DNA from: an uncultured Candidatus Saccharibacteria bacterium
GTDB taxonomy: Bacteria > Patescibacteriota > Minisyncoccia > Phycocordibacterales > UBA9973
NCBI GenBank assembly: GCA_964468315.1
Contig: CAYXTA010000001.1
Location: 64,277-128,276, forward strand
Length of the DNA stretch: 64,000 nt
Direction of reading: 5' to 3'
Position numbers and translations under genes: made by a program. The notes under the pieces were generated by a model. That model saw only the letters and a list, made by a program, of their open reading frames with translations. It did no database searches and had not been told where the DNA came from. Positions 10,102-17,691 of this stretch are shown here, piece by piece (the first letter of the stretch is position 1; each line of letters opens with the position of its first letter).

Positions 10102-10608
10102 ATGACAATAGAAAATCCAATTGGAACGATAAAGAAGGCAGTACAAGCTTTTGCAGAACAAAAAGCAGAAAATGAATTTTTAGAAAAACCAGAAACTCGA
10201 CACTATGATGCTGTTTTTGAACAATTTCGAGCATTAAAAGAAGCTTCCCCTGAAGCACTTGAAACAGCTGTTAAGTTAGCTTCTAATTCTAAAGAAATAA
10301 AAGATGAATTAGGTTCAGAATTATTTATTCTTTATAAGAAAGTTGCAAATGAATTAGATGTAGAAATGAAAGATAAATGTATGATAGCTTTTAAACAATT
10401 AAAAGATGAAAATTTATCTAAAGATGATTTAGAAATAAAAGTAAAAGAATTATATATCAGAGTATCTAAACAAGTGGTAGATATGTTTAAAAATGATCCA
10501 CGCATTGTTTTGGCTTTTAATGGTAAAGAAGAACTTCTGGAAAAACTTTCAAAATTTATGGAAGAATCAGGAATTTCTTTAATAGATGCTATGTTTAAAT
10601 ATAAGTAA
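10102..10608 (+). CDS. Hypothetical helical protein.
   Basis: 168-aa ORF with a convergent terminator downstream. Confidence 0.45.
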   Translation: MTIENPIGTIKKAVQAFAEQKAENEFLEKPETRHYDAVFEQFRALKEASPEALETAVKLASNSKEIKDELGSELFILYKKVANELDVEMKDKCMIAFKQLKDENLSKDDLEIKVKELYIRVSKQVVDMFKNDPRIVLAFNGKEELLEKLSKFMEESGISLIDAMFKYK

Positions 10609-10792
10609 TTTAGATCAGCAGATTTTTAATATTTATTGGATCAATAATAATATTTAAATATAAAACAAAATTACTTCTGTTTTTTTTCTTGTATTGTTGC
10701 TGTCATTACTGACATGGCTTTCGTTTGGTGTTTGTATTTGTTTAGCATTTGTTGCTTTAATTTTGATTGGGTTGAAATAGATTATATATAAT

Positions 10793-10822
10793 TAAAAAAT
10801 CCCACAATGTGGGATTTTTTAA
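10793..10822. terminator. Bidirectional intrinsic terminator.
   Basis: AAAAAATCCCACAATGTGGGATTTTTT: a GC-containing hairpin flanked by an A-run and a T-run, between convergent genes. Confidence 0.6.
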
Positions 10823-10825
10823 TTA

Positions 10826-11185
10826 TTAAAGTAATTCTTTTAGTTCTTTGACTGCTTTTGAAGCATTGTTATATTTTGAAACTTCTCTATCATTTAAACC
10901 AGCTTCAATTATATCTAACTTGTCTTGAATTAATGATTTGAATTCTACATCACCAATACAATCTATTTGTTTTTTAATCGCCGAAAAGTAGTCATCCAAC
11001 ATACTATAATCATCTTTTATCATTGATTCGTATAAAGATTGTAGATTGACTGTTAGTTGTAATACACCAGACTTTTGCTCTGGTAGGATATGTTGTTTAA
11101 GAACTGTCGACAAATCTAATTTAGCCTTGTCTTCAATATCATGCTTTTCTTGTAAAGCTTTCATTCCATTTTCTATATTATTCAT
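10826..11185 (-). CDS. Hypothetical acidic helical protein.
   Basis: 119-aa ORF. Confidence 0.45.
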   Translation of the reverse strand: MNNIENGMKALQEKHDIEDKAKLDLSTVLKQHILPEQKSGVLQLTVNLQSLYESMIKDDYSMLDDYFSAIKKQIDCIGDVEFKSLIQDKLDIIEAGLNDREVSKYNNASKAVKELKELL

Positions 11186-11315
11186 TTATTTTCTTGTTAT
11201 TGTTTATAATCATTAGAGTTACCTCTAATTTACATATTATACTATAAATAAAAAATAGGGGAAAGTAAGCTTAGAAACTATATATTTGCCACATTTGGTA
11301 ATACTTCAAATGGCT

Positions 11316-11350
11316 CGAGCATTGACTTTTCACTTTTAATATGATATTAC
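11316..11350 (+). promoter_or_regulatory. Repeated promoter/operator-like box (copy 1 of 3): CATTGACTTTTCACTTTTAATATGATATTAC.
   Basis: Near-identical boxes at 12090-12125 and 13762-13797. TTGACT matches a sigma70 -35 hexamer, but the spacing to any -10 is ambiguous. Confidence 0.4.
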
Positions 11351-11385
11351 TTCATTAAGTAATCGCTCTTTTACATTCGTATTTG

Positions 11386-11426
11386 ATTGGTTTTCAGAGG
11401 AGATGCTGTCTCTTGTGGAAACCAAT
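11386..11426 (+). ncRNA. Conserved two-stem hairpin in the 5' leader (copy A) of the NADAR-HTH gene. A cis-regulatory RNA or an operator.
   Basis: ATTGGTTTTC CAGAGGAGATGCTGTCTCTTGTG GAAACCAAT. A 10-bp outer stem and a 6-bp inner stem. It ends 13 nt before the ATG and there is no SD. Confidence 0.5.
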
Positions 11427-11439
11427 TGAAACTAAAATA

Positions 11440-12012
11440 ATGGAAAATAAGAAAATTGACTCATTTAGCGAAGAGAATAGATTTCTCTCCAACTTCTGGC
11501 CCGTAGTCATTTGCTACGAGAATAGAATGTATCCAACAGTTGAACACGCGTATCAGGCTCAAAAGACAACTCAAGAGGAGAAACGACAAAAAGTTGCTGC
11601 TCTTATAACACCAGGCGAGGCTAAAAAATTTGGAGAAAATTTAAAGCGTCTTGGAAAAATACGTCCTGATTGGAGTGATGAATTGCGAATACAGCATATG
11701 ACAGCTTTGGTTGAAAGAAAGTTTTCTTTGAGTAATCTGGAATTGTCTCAAAAACTACTTGCAACTGGGGATATTGAACTTATTGAGGGTAATACCTGGG
11801 ACGATACCTTTTTCGGTGTTTGTAATGGGGAAGGAGAAAACCACTTGGGTAAAATCATTATGGCTACCAGAACAAAATTGAAGGCTGAAGTGCAAAAGAT
11901 AATGGATGCTTTAGTTAAGCATAATGGCAAGAGGCACGATGCTGCAAAGGATCTAAACATTGCGGAAAGGACACTGAGACTGCGCGAACAGGTATTTGGT
12001 ATTTTATATTGA
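11440..12012 (+). CDS. NADAR (YbiA/DUF1768) domain protein with a C-terminal Fis-type HTH.
   Basis: NADAR motifs: FLSNFWP, YPTVEHAYQAQK, LLATGDIELIEGNTWDDTFFGV. C-terminus: GKRHDAAKDLNIAERTLRLREQVFG, which resembles the Fis/NtrC HTH_8. I prefer the ATG at 11440 over the track start at 11383, which lies inside the hairpin. Confidence 0.7.
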   Translation: MENKKIDSFSEENRFLSNFWPVVICYENRMYPTVEHAYQAQKTTQEEKRQKVAALITPGEAKKFGENLKRLGKIRPDWSDELRIQHMTALVERKFSLSNLELSQKLLATGDIELIEGNTWDDTFFGVCNGEGENHLGKIIMATRTKLKAEVQKIMDALVKHNGKRHDAAKDLNIAERTLRLREQVFGILY

Positions 12013-12021
12013 GAAGCAATT

Positions 12022-12058
12022 AGGAGGTTAGAATATAATGTTCTAACCTCCTTTTTAT
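12022..12058 (+). terminator. Intrinsic terminator.
   Basis: Perfect 12-bp stem AGGAGGTTAGAA/TTCTAACCTCCT, followed by TTTTATTT. Confidence 0.6.
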
Positions 12059-12154
12059 TTACCCAAAATAACCATTCGAACATCTTCCCACGTTTAAAGT
12101 ATTGACTTTTAACTTTTAATATAGTACTTTAAGAAAAGTATTTGGTCTTTAACA

Positions 12155-12205
12155 TTGCATGTTTGATTGGTTACCAGAGAAGATTCTGTCTTTTGCGGTA
12201 ACCAA
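12155..12205 (+). ncRNA. Conserved two-stem hairpin (copy B) in the 5' leader of a membrane-protein gene.
   Basis: ATTGGTTACC AGAGAAGATTCTGTCTTTTGC GGTAACCAAT. The same architecture as copy A with compensatory substitutions. Confidence 0.5.
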
Positions 12206-12219
12206 TTAAAACTTAATAT

Positions 12220-12736
12220 TATGCTACAATTTGATTCACTTCTTCTAAAAAAATTCCAATCTTTTTCAGATTGGGTTTCAGTTACTTTTGGATTTAGTAA
12301 CTTCAAGGTTGCTAAATTGTTAATGATTTTATGTGTGATTGATACAGCCTGGGAGATTTATTTAAAAATCACCTACTGTAATATTGACCCAAAATCTTCT
12401 ATACCGGTGTTTAGTATCTTTTTTAGTTTACTATTCATTGTACTCTATGATTACACCATAAGGATTTGTGAGAAATTATCGGTTCTAAACTCAGGTACAA
12501 TCAATCCAGCTTACGTAATGTTACAACCTTGGCGATTCATGAAAATCGTTTTTATTTTCATGGGTATCACCCTATTAACAATAGATTTAACGGCGCATAT
12601 ATTTCTTACTCCATCTCCGTCTTTGAATCATGAGAAGGACCATATACATCACCTTACTGATATTTGTTACTTACTTTGGGATATATATAATCACAGCGTG
12701 TATTGTCTATTTAGTTTCTTGTTATACAAAACCTAA
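12220..12736 (+). CDS. Hypothetical membrane protein (about 4 TM).
   Basis: ATG at 12220, 14 nt after the hairpin. Hydrophobic segments. The track start at 12167 would overlap the structured element. Confidence 0.45.
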
Positions 12737-12842
12737 ACAGGAAAGTAAAATCAAGAAATGGATAAAAAGTATATCTTTTGTTTCCCAAGGTGTTTTGTCT
12801 CTTAAAGCACAAAAAATCTAACTTCTGAAGTCATAATCAATT

Positions 12843-12873
12843 AACCCACTCAATTTTGAGTGGGTTTTTTTAT
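12843..12873 (+). terminator. Intrinsic terminator.
   Basis: AACCCACTCAATTTTGAGTGGGTT followed by TTTTTTT. Confidence 0.6.
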
Positions 12874-12960
12874 TTACCCAAAATCACTATTCGAACATCA
12901 TCCCACGTTCGGAGCAAAATTTTATCATTTTTGAGTCTTTTCTGTTAAAATATATTTATT

Positions 12961-13740
12961 ATGCGAATCGAGAAAAAAGTTTGGCCGGAATATTTCCAAC
13001 AAATTGTAGATAATAAAAAGACCTTTGAATTAAGGTTAAATGATTTTGATATATGTGAGGGAGATACTCTTGTTCTTAATGAGTGGGATCCAGCTACCAA
13101 GGACTTCACAGGAAGAACACTTGAAAAAAAAGTAGGTTATGTTGGTAAGTGGAAAATAGATGATCTTACAAAGTTTTTACCAAGGCAAGACATTGAGGAT
13201 AAAGGCCTTCAAGTTATTTCTATGAAAGACCAAAAATCCCCAATGTCAAAACTAATAATAATCCGTGGAAACTCTGGCTCAGGAAAGAGCACTATCGCAA
13301 AAGAACTGAGAGCAAGATTAGGCAAAGAAAAAACCGCCCTCATTGAGCAGGATTATTTACGTCGCCACGTACTTGGAGAGATAGGCAAAAGTGGCGATGA
13401 TAATGTTGAATTGATAGAATTGACTACAAGATTTGCTTTAGAGAAAAACTATTTAACTATAGTTGATGGCATAATGCCGTCAGAATATTATGGTGCTATG
13501 TTAAAAAGGCTGAATGATATAAATCCTAAAAATACACATATTTTTTACTTAGATATATCCTTAGAAGAAACACTTAAAAGACATACTACCAAACCAAATC
13601 GTAATGATTTTGGTGAACCAGAAATACGAGAATGGTACAGAAATAAAGATACATTAAAACTAGAAAACGAGACTGTAATTGACGAGAAATCAACTTTAGA
13701 AGAAAGTATAAAATTTATATTGGAGGTTATTAAATATTAG
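12961..13740 (+). CDS. Fusion protein: an N-terminal ASCH/PUA-like domain and a C-terminal P-loop kinase (AAA_33/zeta-like).
   Basis: N-terminus KKTFELRLNDFDICEGDTLVLNEWDP...GRTLEKKVGYV (small beta-barrel ASCH/DUF3850-like). C-terminus Walker A IIIRGNSGSGKSTIAKEL and Walker B-like YLTIVDG. Confidence 0.55.
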   Translation: MRIEKKVWPEYFQQIVDNKKTFELRLNDFDICEGDTLVLNEWDPATKDFTGRTLEKKVGYVGKWKIDDLTKFLPRQDIEDKGLQVISMKDQKSPMSKLIIIRGNSGSGKSTIAKELRARLGKEKTALIEQDYLRRHVLGEIGKSGDDNVELIELTTRFALEKNYLTIVDGIMPSEYYGAMLKRLNDINPKNTHIFYLDISLEETLKRHTTKPNRNDFGEPEIREWYRNKDTLKLENETVIDEKSTLEESIKFILEVIKY

Positions 13741-13913
13741 GGAATACTTCAAATAGCTCGAGCATTGACTTTTATATTTTAATATAGTACTTTAAGAAAA
13801 GTATTCGGTCTTTAACATCCTTTGTTTACCTATTGAATTACTCACTTTGCTTTTCAATTTTGGAAGTCAATGTGGGTAATTCAATAATCTATAAACTTTA
13901 AATAATAAAAAAA

Positions 13914-14387
13914 ATGACAAAAGTTGTAAAACTCTTCGGACTTGATGATCCAAGTGTAGATAATAATATTAAAATAATTGCTTTAACAGGAAAATGTATC
14001 GAATGGGCGATGGGTTTTCTGGGAGGGGATGATGATCCACTTACAGGTCTTATTATAGGAGATAAAGATTTCGATGACACGATTCTTCAAAAATTAAACA
14101 TATTTGAGACTGAGGAAGAAAAAATTAAAACAATCCTTCAAGATTTAAATAAACCGGATTCTGAATTTGAAGGAAAACTTATGAGCCTGGGTGAACTTAG
14201 TGGAAGAGAAGAGGATACCCATATTGAGATAATTGCTCTAGCAGCAAAAAATCTGGAATGGGAAATTGGTGTTCTCGCAGGAGAAGATGAACCAATCACA
14301 GGACTTATCCTCGGAGAAAAGGAATTTGTTAAAGCAACTCTTCGAAAATTGAATAAATTTGATTTGCTTTTTAAGGAGCAGAAATAA
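13914..14387 (+). CDS. Hypothetical protein made of two tandem homologous ~65-aa repeats.
   Basis: IKIIALTGKCIEWAMGFLGGDDDPLTGLIIGDKDFDDTILQKLN is repeated as IEIIALAAKNLEWEIGVLAGEDEPITGLILGEKEFVKATLRKLN. Confidence 0.45.
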   Translation: MTKVVKLFGLDDPSVDNNIKIIALTGKCIEWAMGFLGGDDDPLTGLIIGDKDFDDTILQKLNIFETEEEKIKTILQDLNKPDSEFEGKLMSLGELSGREEDTHIEIIALAAKNLEWEIGVLAGEDEPITGLILGEKEFVKATLRKLNKFDLLFKEQK

Positions 14388-14410
14388 GTATAAACCATAA
14401 AAATAAAACA

Positions 14411-14716
14411 ATGTTAGACCTTTCAAAAAAAGAAGAGAAAACTCTTCGAGAAATAACAGAAAAATACGATGCTAAGTTCGAATTATCTTTAGACGAAGAT
14501 GGCAAAAACTTTTTATGTAAGATTGTGGCAGGGGATGGCCAATCTTTTCATTATAAAGATAAAACAAAGAAAAGTAATGGAGTCCTAATGAAAGCAATAA
14601 AATCTCTTAACCCAGAAGAAGCTATGAAAAAAGCAATTGAATTCTTTTCAACCGTTGAGTATTTTACTTGGAACCTTTATGAACCTAATTGTGTAGATAT
14701 GCATGATGATTGTTAA
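14411..14716 (+). CDS. Small hypothetical protein.
   Basis: 101-aa ORF with a terminator immediately downstream. Confidence 0.4.
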   Translation: MLDLSKKEEKTLREITEKYDAKFELSLDEDGKNFLCKIVAGDGQSFHYKDKTKKSNGVLMKAIKSLNPEEAMKKAIEFFSTVEYFTWNLYEPNCVDMHDDC

Positions 14717-14734
14717 TTAATTGATTTTTTATAC

Positions 14735-14768
14735 AAAAAACCGTTTCGTAAAGATACGGTTTTTTTTA
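14735..14768. terminator. Bidirectional intrinsic terminator.
   Basis: AAAAAACCGTTTCGTAAAGATACGGTTTTTTTT between convergent genes. Confidence 0.55.
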
Positions 14769-14847
14769 TTTTCCATCTAAAATGTCCCGTATCAGAGGTT
14801 TCCTAAAATATAAAAACGCACTGATATAATCAATGCGTTTTTGTTTT

Positions 14848-15450
14848 TTAAATTATCTCAACTTTCAAATTATTTAAAACAAAGGCTTCGTTTCGAAAAC
14901 AGACCATCCAGCGGTTATCCTTGTTGTAATACCTTACAAATTTTATCATATTAACATCTGTTATATATAAATTTGTAGGTATACAAAAATTCATGTATTC
15001 AACGAAATCTTCTTCAATTTCAGAAACAACTTTTGTTTTACATGTTCCCAAGATAGGAATAATCAAATTATGTTCTGTAACACACGAGTCGGGACCTTTG
15101 CAGGTAAAAGAAATTTTTAAGCTTTTACCTTTGAAAATAGCAGACTCTTCAATTTTGTTCAGTATAAAATACCAAGTACCAGAACGGTCGTCTTGTGAGC
15201 AGTACCATTTAGCTAACCACCCAGCTTGTCTGTATTTCCTGAGAACTTCATTTACTACTCTTTCATCGAGGCCCGATGAGATTCCTCCTTGCTTGTTACT
15301 ATAAGGGAAAGGTTTAGGCTCAACTTTTAGTTCTTTACCTTTAACATAGTATTTTACTATGTAATTGTCGATTTGTTTTTCATAAAGAGCGATCATACTC
15401 TTTTGATTATCGGTGAAAGTTTCATCAATGGATCCTGTTTTAATGGCCAT
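14848..15450 (-). CDS. Hypothetical Cys-containing protein.
   Basis: 200-aa ORF. The antisense ORF 14993..15304 is judged spurious. Confidence 0.45.
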   Translation of the reverse strand: MAIKTGSIDETFTDNQKSMIALYEKQIDNYIVKYYVKGKELKVEPKPFPYSNKQGGISSGLDERVVNEVLRKYRQAGWLAKWYCSQDDRSGTWYFILNKIEESAIFKGKSLKISFTCKGPDSCVTEHNLIIPILGTCKTKVVSEIEEDFVEYMNFCIPTNLYITDVNMIKFVRYYNKDNRWMVCFRNEAFVLNNLKVEII

Positions 15451-15709
15451 AGTTTCTATAGATTTAAGGGTTTATATTTATTTTTTTTAAAAGGACTTTA
15501 GTTATACGCAATATATCATATTATTATAAATATGTCAAATATACCTCATCTTTATATAGAAATTTTGTTTACCAAAAACGCTATTCCAATATTCTTCTTT
15601 GGTTAAAGTATTATTGACTATTATTTATTTTTGTGTTAAATTAAAACTAAATTTGTTTGGGCGTCTTGCCCGTTAAATAACTTAATTTAACCTTTAAAAA
15701 CTACATATC

Positions 15710-16180
15710 ATGGCAAGTATACTAATTCTTGAAGAGCTTGAACAAGCTTTACAGCTCTGGGAAGACACTAATCTTTGGGCAGAAGCAAAATTCCAATTAT
15801 TCCTACAGGGTAAAATTGAGGAAGATGAAAATTATGGTAAACCGCTCATTGGTACAGAAATCGATGATGCTGGATTCTTACAAAGAGGGATTAAAAATTT
15901 TAACTCTCTTCGTAGTGCTTTGAATAATCATATTGAGCTTGATCCAACTCAATTTCTTCCGAGGGTCACGACTGAAAAAAGACCGACACACACAACTCTA
16001 GATTTCTCTCGTATGTTTGTTGTGCGAGGGATCACTTTTTCCCCATTTTTTCTTTCGAAATGGATGAATTACAAAAAGGTGTTCAGTGTAAAAACCCCAG
16101 ACATTATTCAGCCTGTTTCTATTCTTGAAAAGAATTATCTGAGCAAAGTGCCTTACAGTTCTTTTATTATTAGGTTTTAA
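15710..16180 (+). CDS. Hypothetical protein with locally higher GC.
   Basis: 156-aa ORF whose codon usage is visibly GC-richer than its neighbours. Confidence 0.4.
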   Translation: MASILILEELEQALQLWEDTNLWAEAKFQLFLQGKIEEDENYGKPLIGTEIDDAGFLQRGIKNFNSLRSALNNHIELDPTQFLPRVTTEKRPTHTTLDFSRMFVVRGITFSPFFLSKWMNYKKVFSVKTPDIIQPVSILEKNYLSKVPYSSFIIRF

Positions 16181-16198
16181 GAACCTTTAAAGATTGAT

Positions 16199-17011
16199 TT
16201 GATAGAGGATAAAAATGCTGATCATGTGCATCAAATCGAGGAAAAGTTAGTTATGGTTACTACTGATGGTGTCTATATGGATATTTTCTGTTTAGGGCCA
16301 TCAAAAAGTATAACTGATTTTTCCTTAACATCACAGGTAAGGCATGATTTGGTAGAAAATCTTTCTAAAAAAAGCCAGACCCAAAAGTTTGTAAATCAGG
16401 TAAATTCTGTTAACTTAGGGTTACCTTTTGTCAGTTTAACGATTGAAGTTACTTCGGGCTTGTCAGTAGTTCAAAAATATAATGAAGGTGATGATACTTT
16501 TGTTACAACTTTTGACTCTAACAGAAATCCTGGAATCTTTGATTCTAAAATTAATGGAAAAACTGAACAGTCGCAAGCATATGTACCCGGTGACTATCCT
16601 CATGCGATGTCTGAAATACTCCATCTTCACCGATTTTTTATCGATCTGGTAAATGGTTTTTGCAAAGTGGTTTCTGAATTACCAGCAAGACAAACGGTTA
16701 TTACTGAAAGTCCTGCTTCGCTGCCTGAAACTTTAAGGCAGGGAAAACAAGAAACTAAATCCTGGTTTTCAGTCGAAATTACTGATGTCAGAGATGTGAG
16801 TGGTGAAGAAAATCCCAGTGTTCATTTTGCTTCACATACAGGTGGTGAAAAATCAGCTCATTGGAGAAGGGGACACTGGAGAATTTACATGAACAAAGAT
16901 GGGTCTTTCAAAAAAGAAGTATGGATTTCAGAGGCACTGATTCGGGAAGACAAACTGGAAACTGAAAACCTTCAAGGTAGCGCTACACTGCTAAAAAGTG
17001 AAAAAAGTTGA
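16199..17011 (+). CDS. Hypothetical protein with locally higher GC; TTG start per the ORF track.
   Basis: 270-aa ORF followed by a strong terminator. Confidence 0.4.
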   Translation: MIEDKNADHVHQIEEKLVMVTTDGVYMDIFCLGPSKSITDFSLTSQVRHDLVENLSKKSQTQKFVNQVNSVNLGLPFVSLTIEVTSGLSVVQKYNEGDDTFVTTFDSNRNPGIFDSKINGKTEQSQAYVPGDYPHAMSEILHLHRFFIDLVNGFCKVVSELPARQTVITESPASLPETLRQGKQETKSWFSVEITDVRDVSGEENPSVHFASHTGGEKSAHWRRGHWRIYMNKDGSFKKEVWISEALIREDKLETENLQGSATLLKSEKS

Positions 17012-17053
17012 CATGATTTTGCTAAATACTAAATTACCCAGAGCAATCTGGTA

Positions 17054-17080
17054 CCCCGATCTAACAAGATCGGGGTTTTT
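17054..17080 (+). terminator. Intrinsic terminator.
   Basis: CCCCGATCTAACAAGATCGGGG followed by TTTTT. Confidence 0.65.
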
Positions 17081-17173
17081 ATTTACCAAAAATCGTAATT
17101 TTAACATAATCCTACGTTTGAAGTCTTTAAAATATACCTTAATAGAAGTTCAAACTTGTGATATTATTGGTGT

Positions 17174-17655
17174 ATGAAAAAGTCATTAACTTTGTGTATG
17201 ATTCTTAAAGATAACCAGATACTCCTAGGTATGAAAAAAAGAGGATTTGGTGTTGGTAGATGGAATGGGTTTGGTGGAAAAGTTGATGAAGGTGAAACAA
17301 TAGAACAAGGAGCTATTCGTGAATTAAAAGAGGAGACTGGAATAGATGCTGTAAATATTAAAAAAGTTGGTATTTTGGATTTTTCATTTCAAAATGATAA
17401 TAAAATTTTAGAAGTTAATGTTTTTAAAGTTATAGATTTTATAGGAGAACCTACAGAAAGTGAAGAGATGAAACCACAATGGTTTTTTTTGATAAAATAC
17501 CATTTAGTCAAATGTGGACAGATGATATTCAATGGTTTCCATTTCTATTAAATAATAAATTATTTAGAGGAGAATTTTTATTTGATAGACCTTCTGATTC
17601 TGAATATTCTGCAAAAATAATTACTCAAAAACTAAATGAAGTTTCAAATTTTTAA
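17174..17655 (+). pseudogene. MutT/NUDT1(MTH1)-like Nudix hydrolase interrupted by a frameshift in a T8 homopolymer (17483-17490).
   Basis: Nudix box GGKVDEGETIEQGAIRELKEETGI in frame 1 ending at 17551. The adjacent frame continues DKIPFSQMWTDDIQWFPFLLNNKLFRGEFLF...QKLNEVSNF to 17655. From memory this matches the MTH1 C-terminus ([27 protein letters not shown]). Confidence 0.55.
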
Positions 17656-17691
17656 TATTTCCATTCGAATATTTCCCTAAGTTTTTCTGTC

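Noticed and set aside
11383-12222. ORF-track starts at 11383 (TTG) and 12167, which would extend the NADAR and membrane-protein ORFs across the conserved hairpins.
   Set aside because: NADAR proteins typically begin right at the conserved FSNF region (MENKK... at 11440). The upstream sequence is conserved between two unrelated genes at nucleotide level with compensatory changes, the signature of a structural element rather than coding sequence.
12054-17127. Interpreting the ~45-bp post-terminator elements as integron attC sites (a cassette array).
   Set aside because: There is no intI gene in the window. The elements lack the RYYYAAC/GTTRRRY core sites and the imperfect internal inverted repeat of attC. 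Each cassette has its own promoter-like box.
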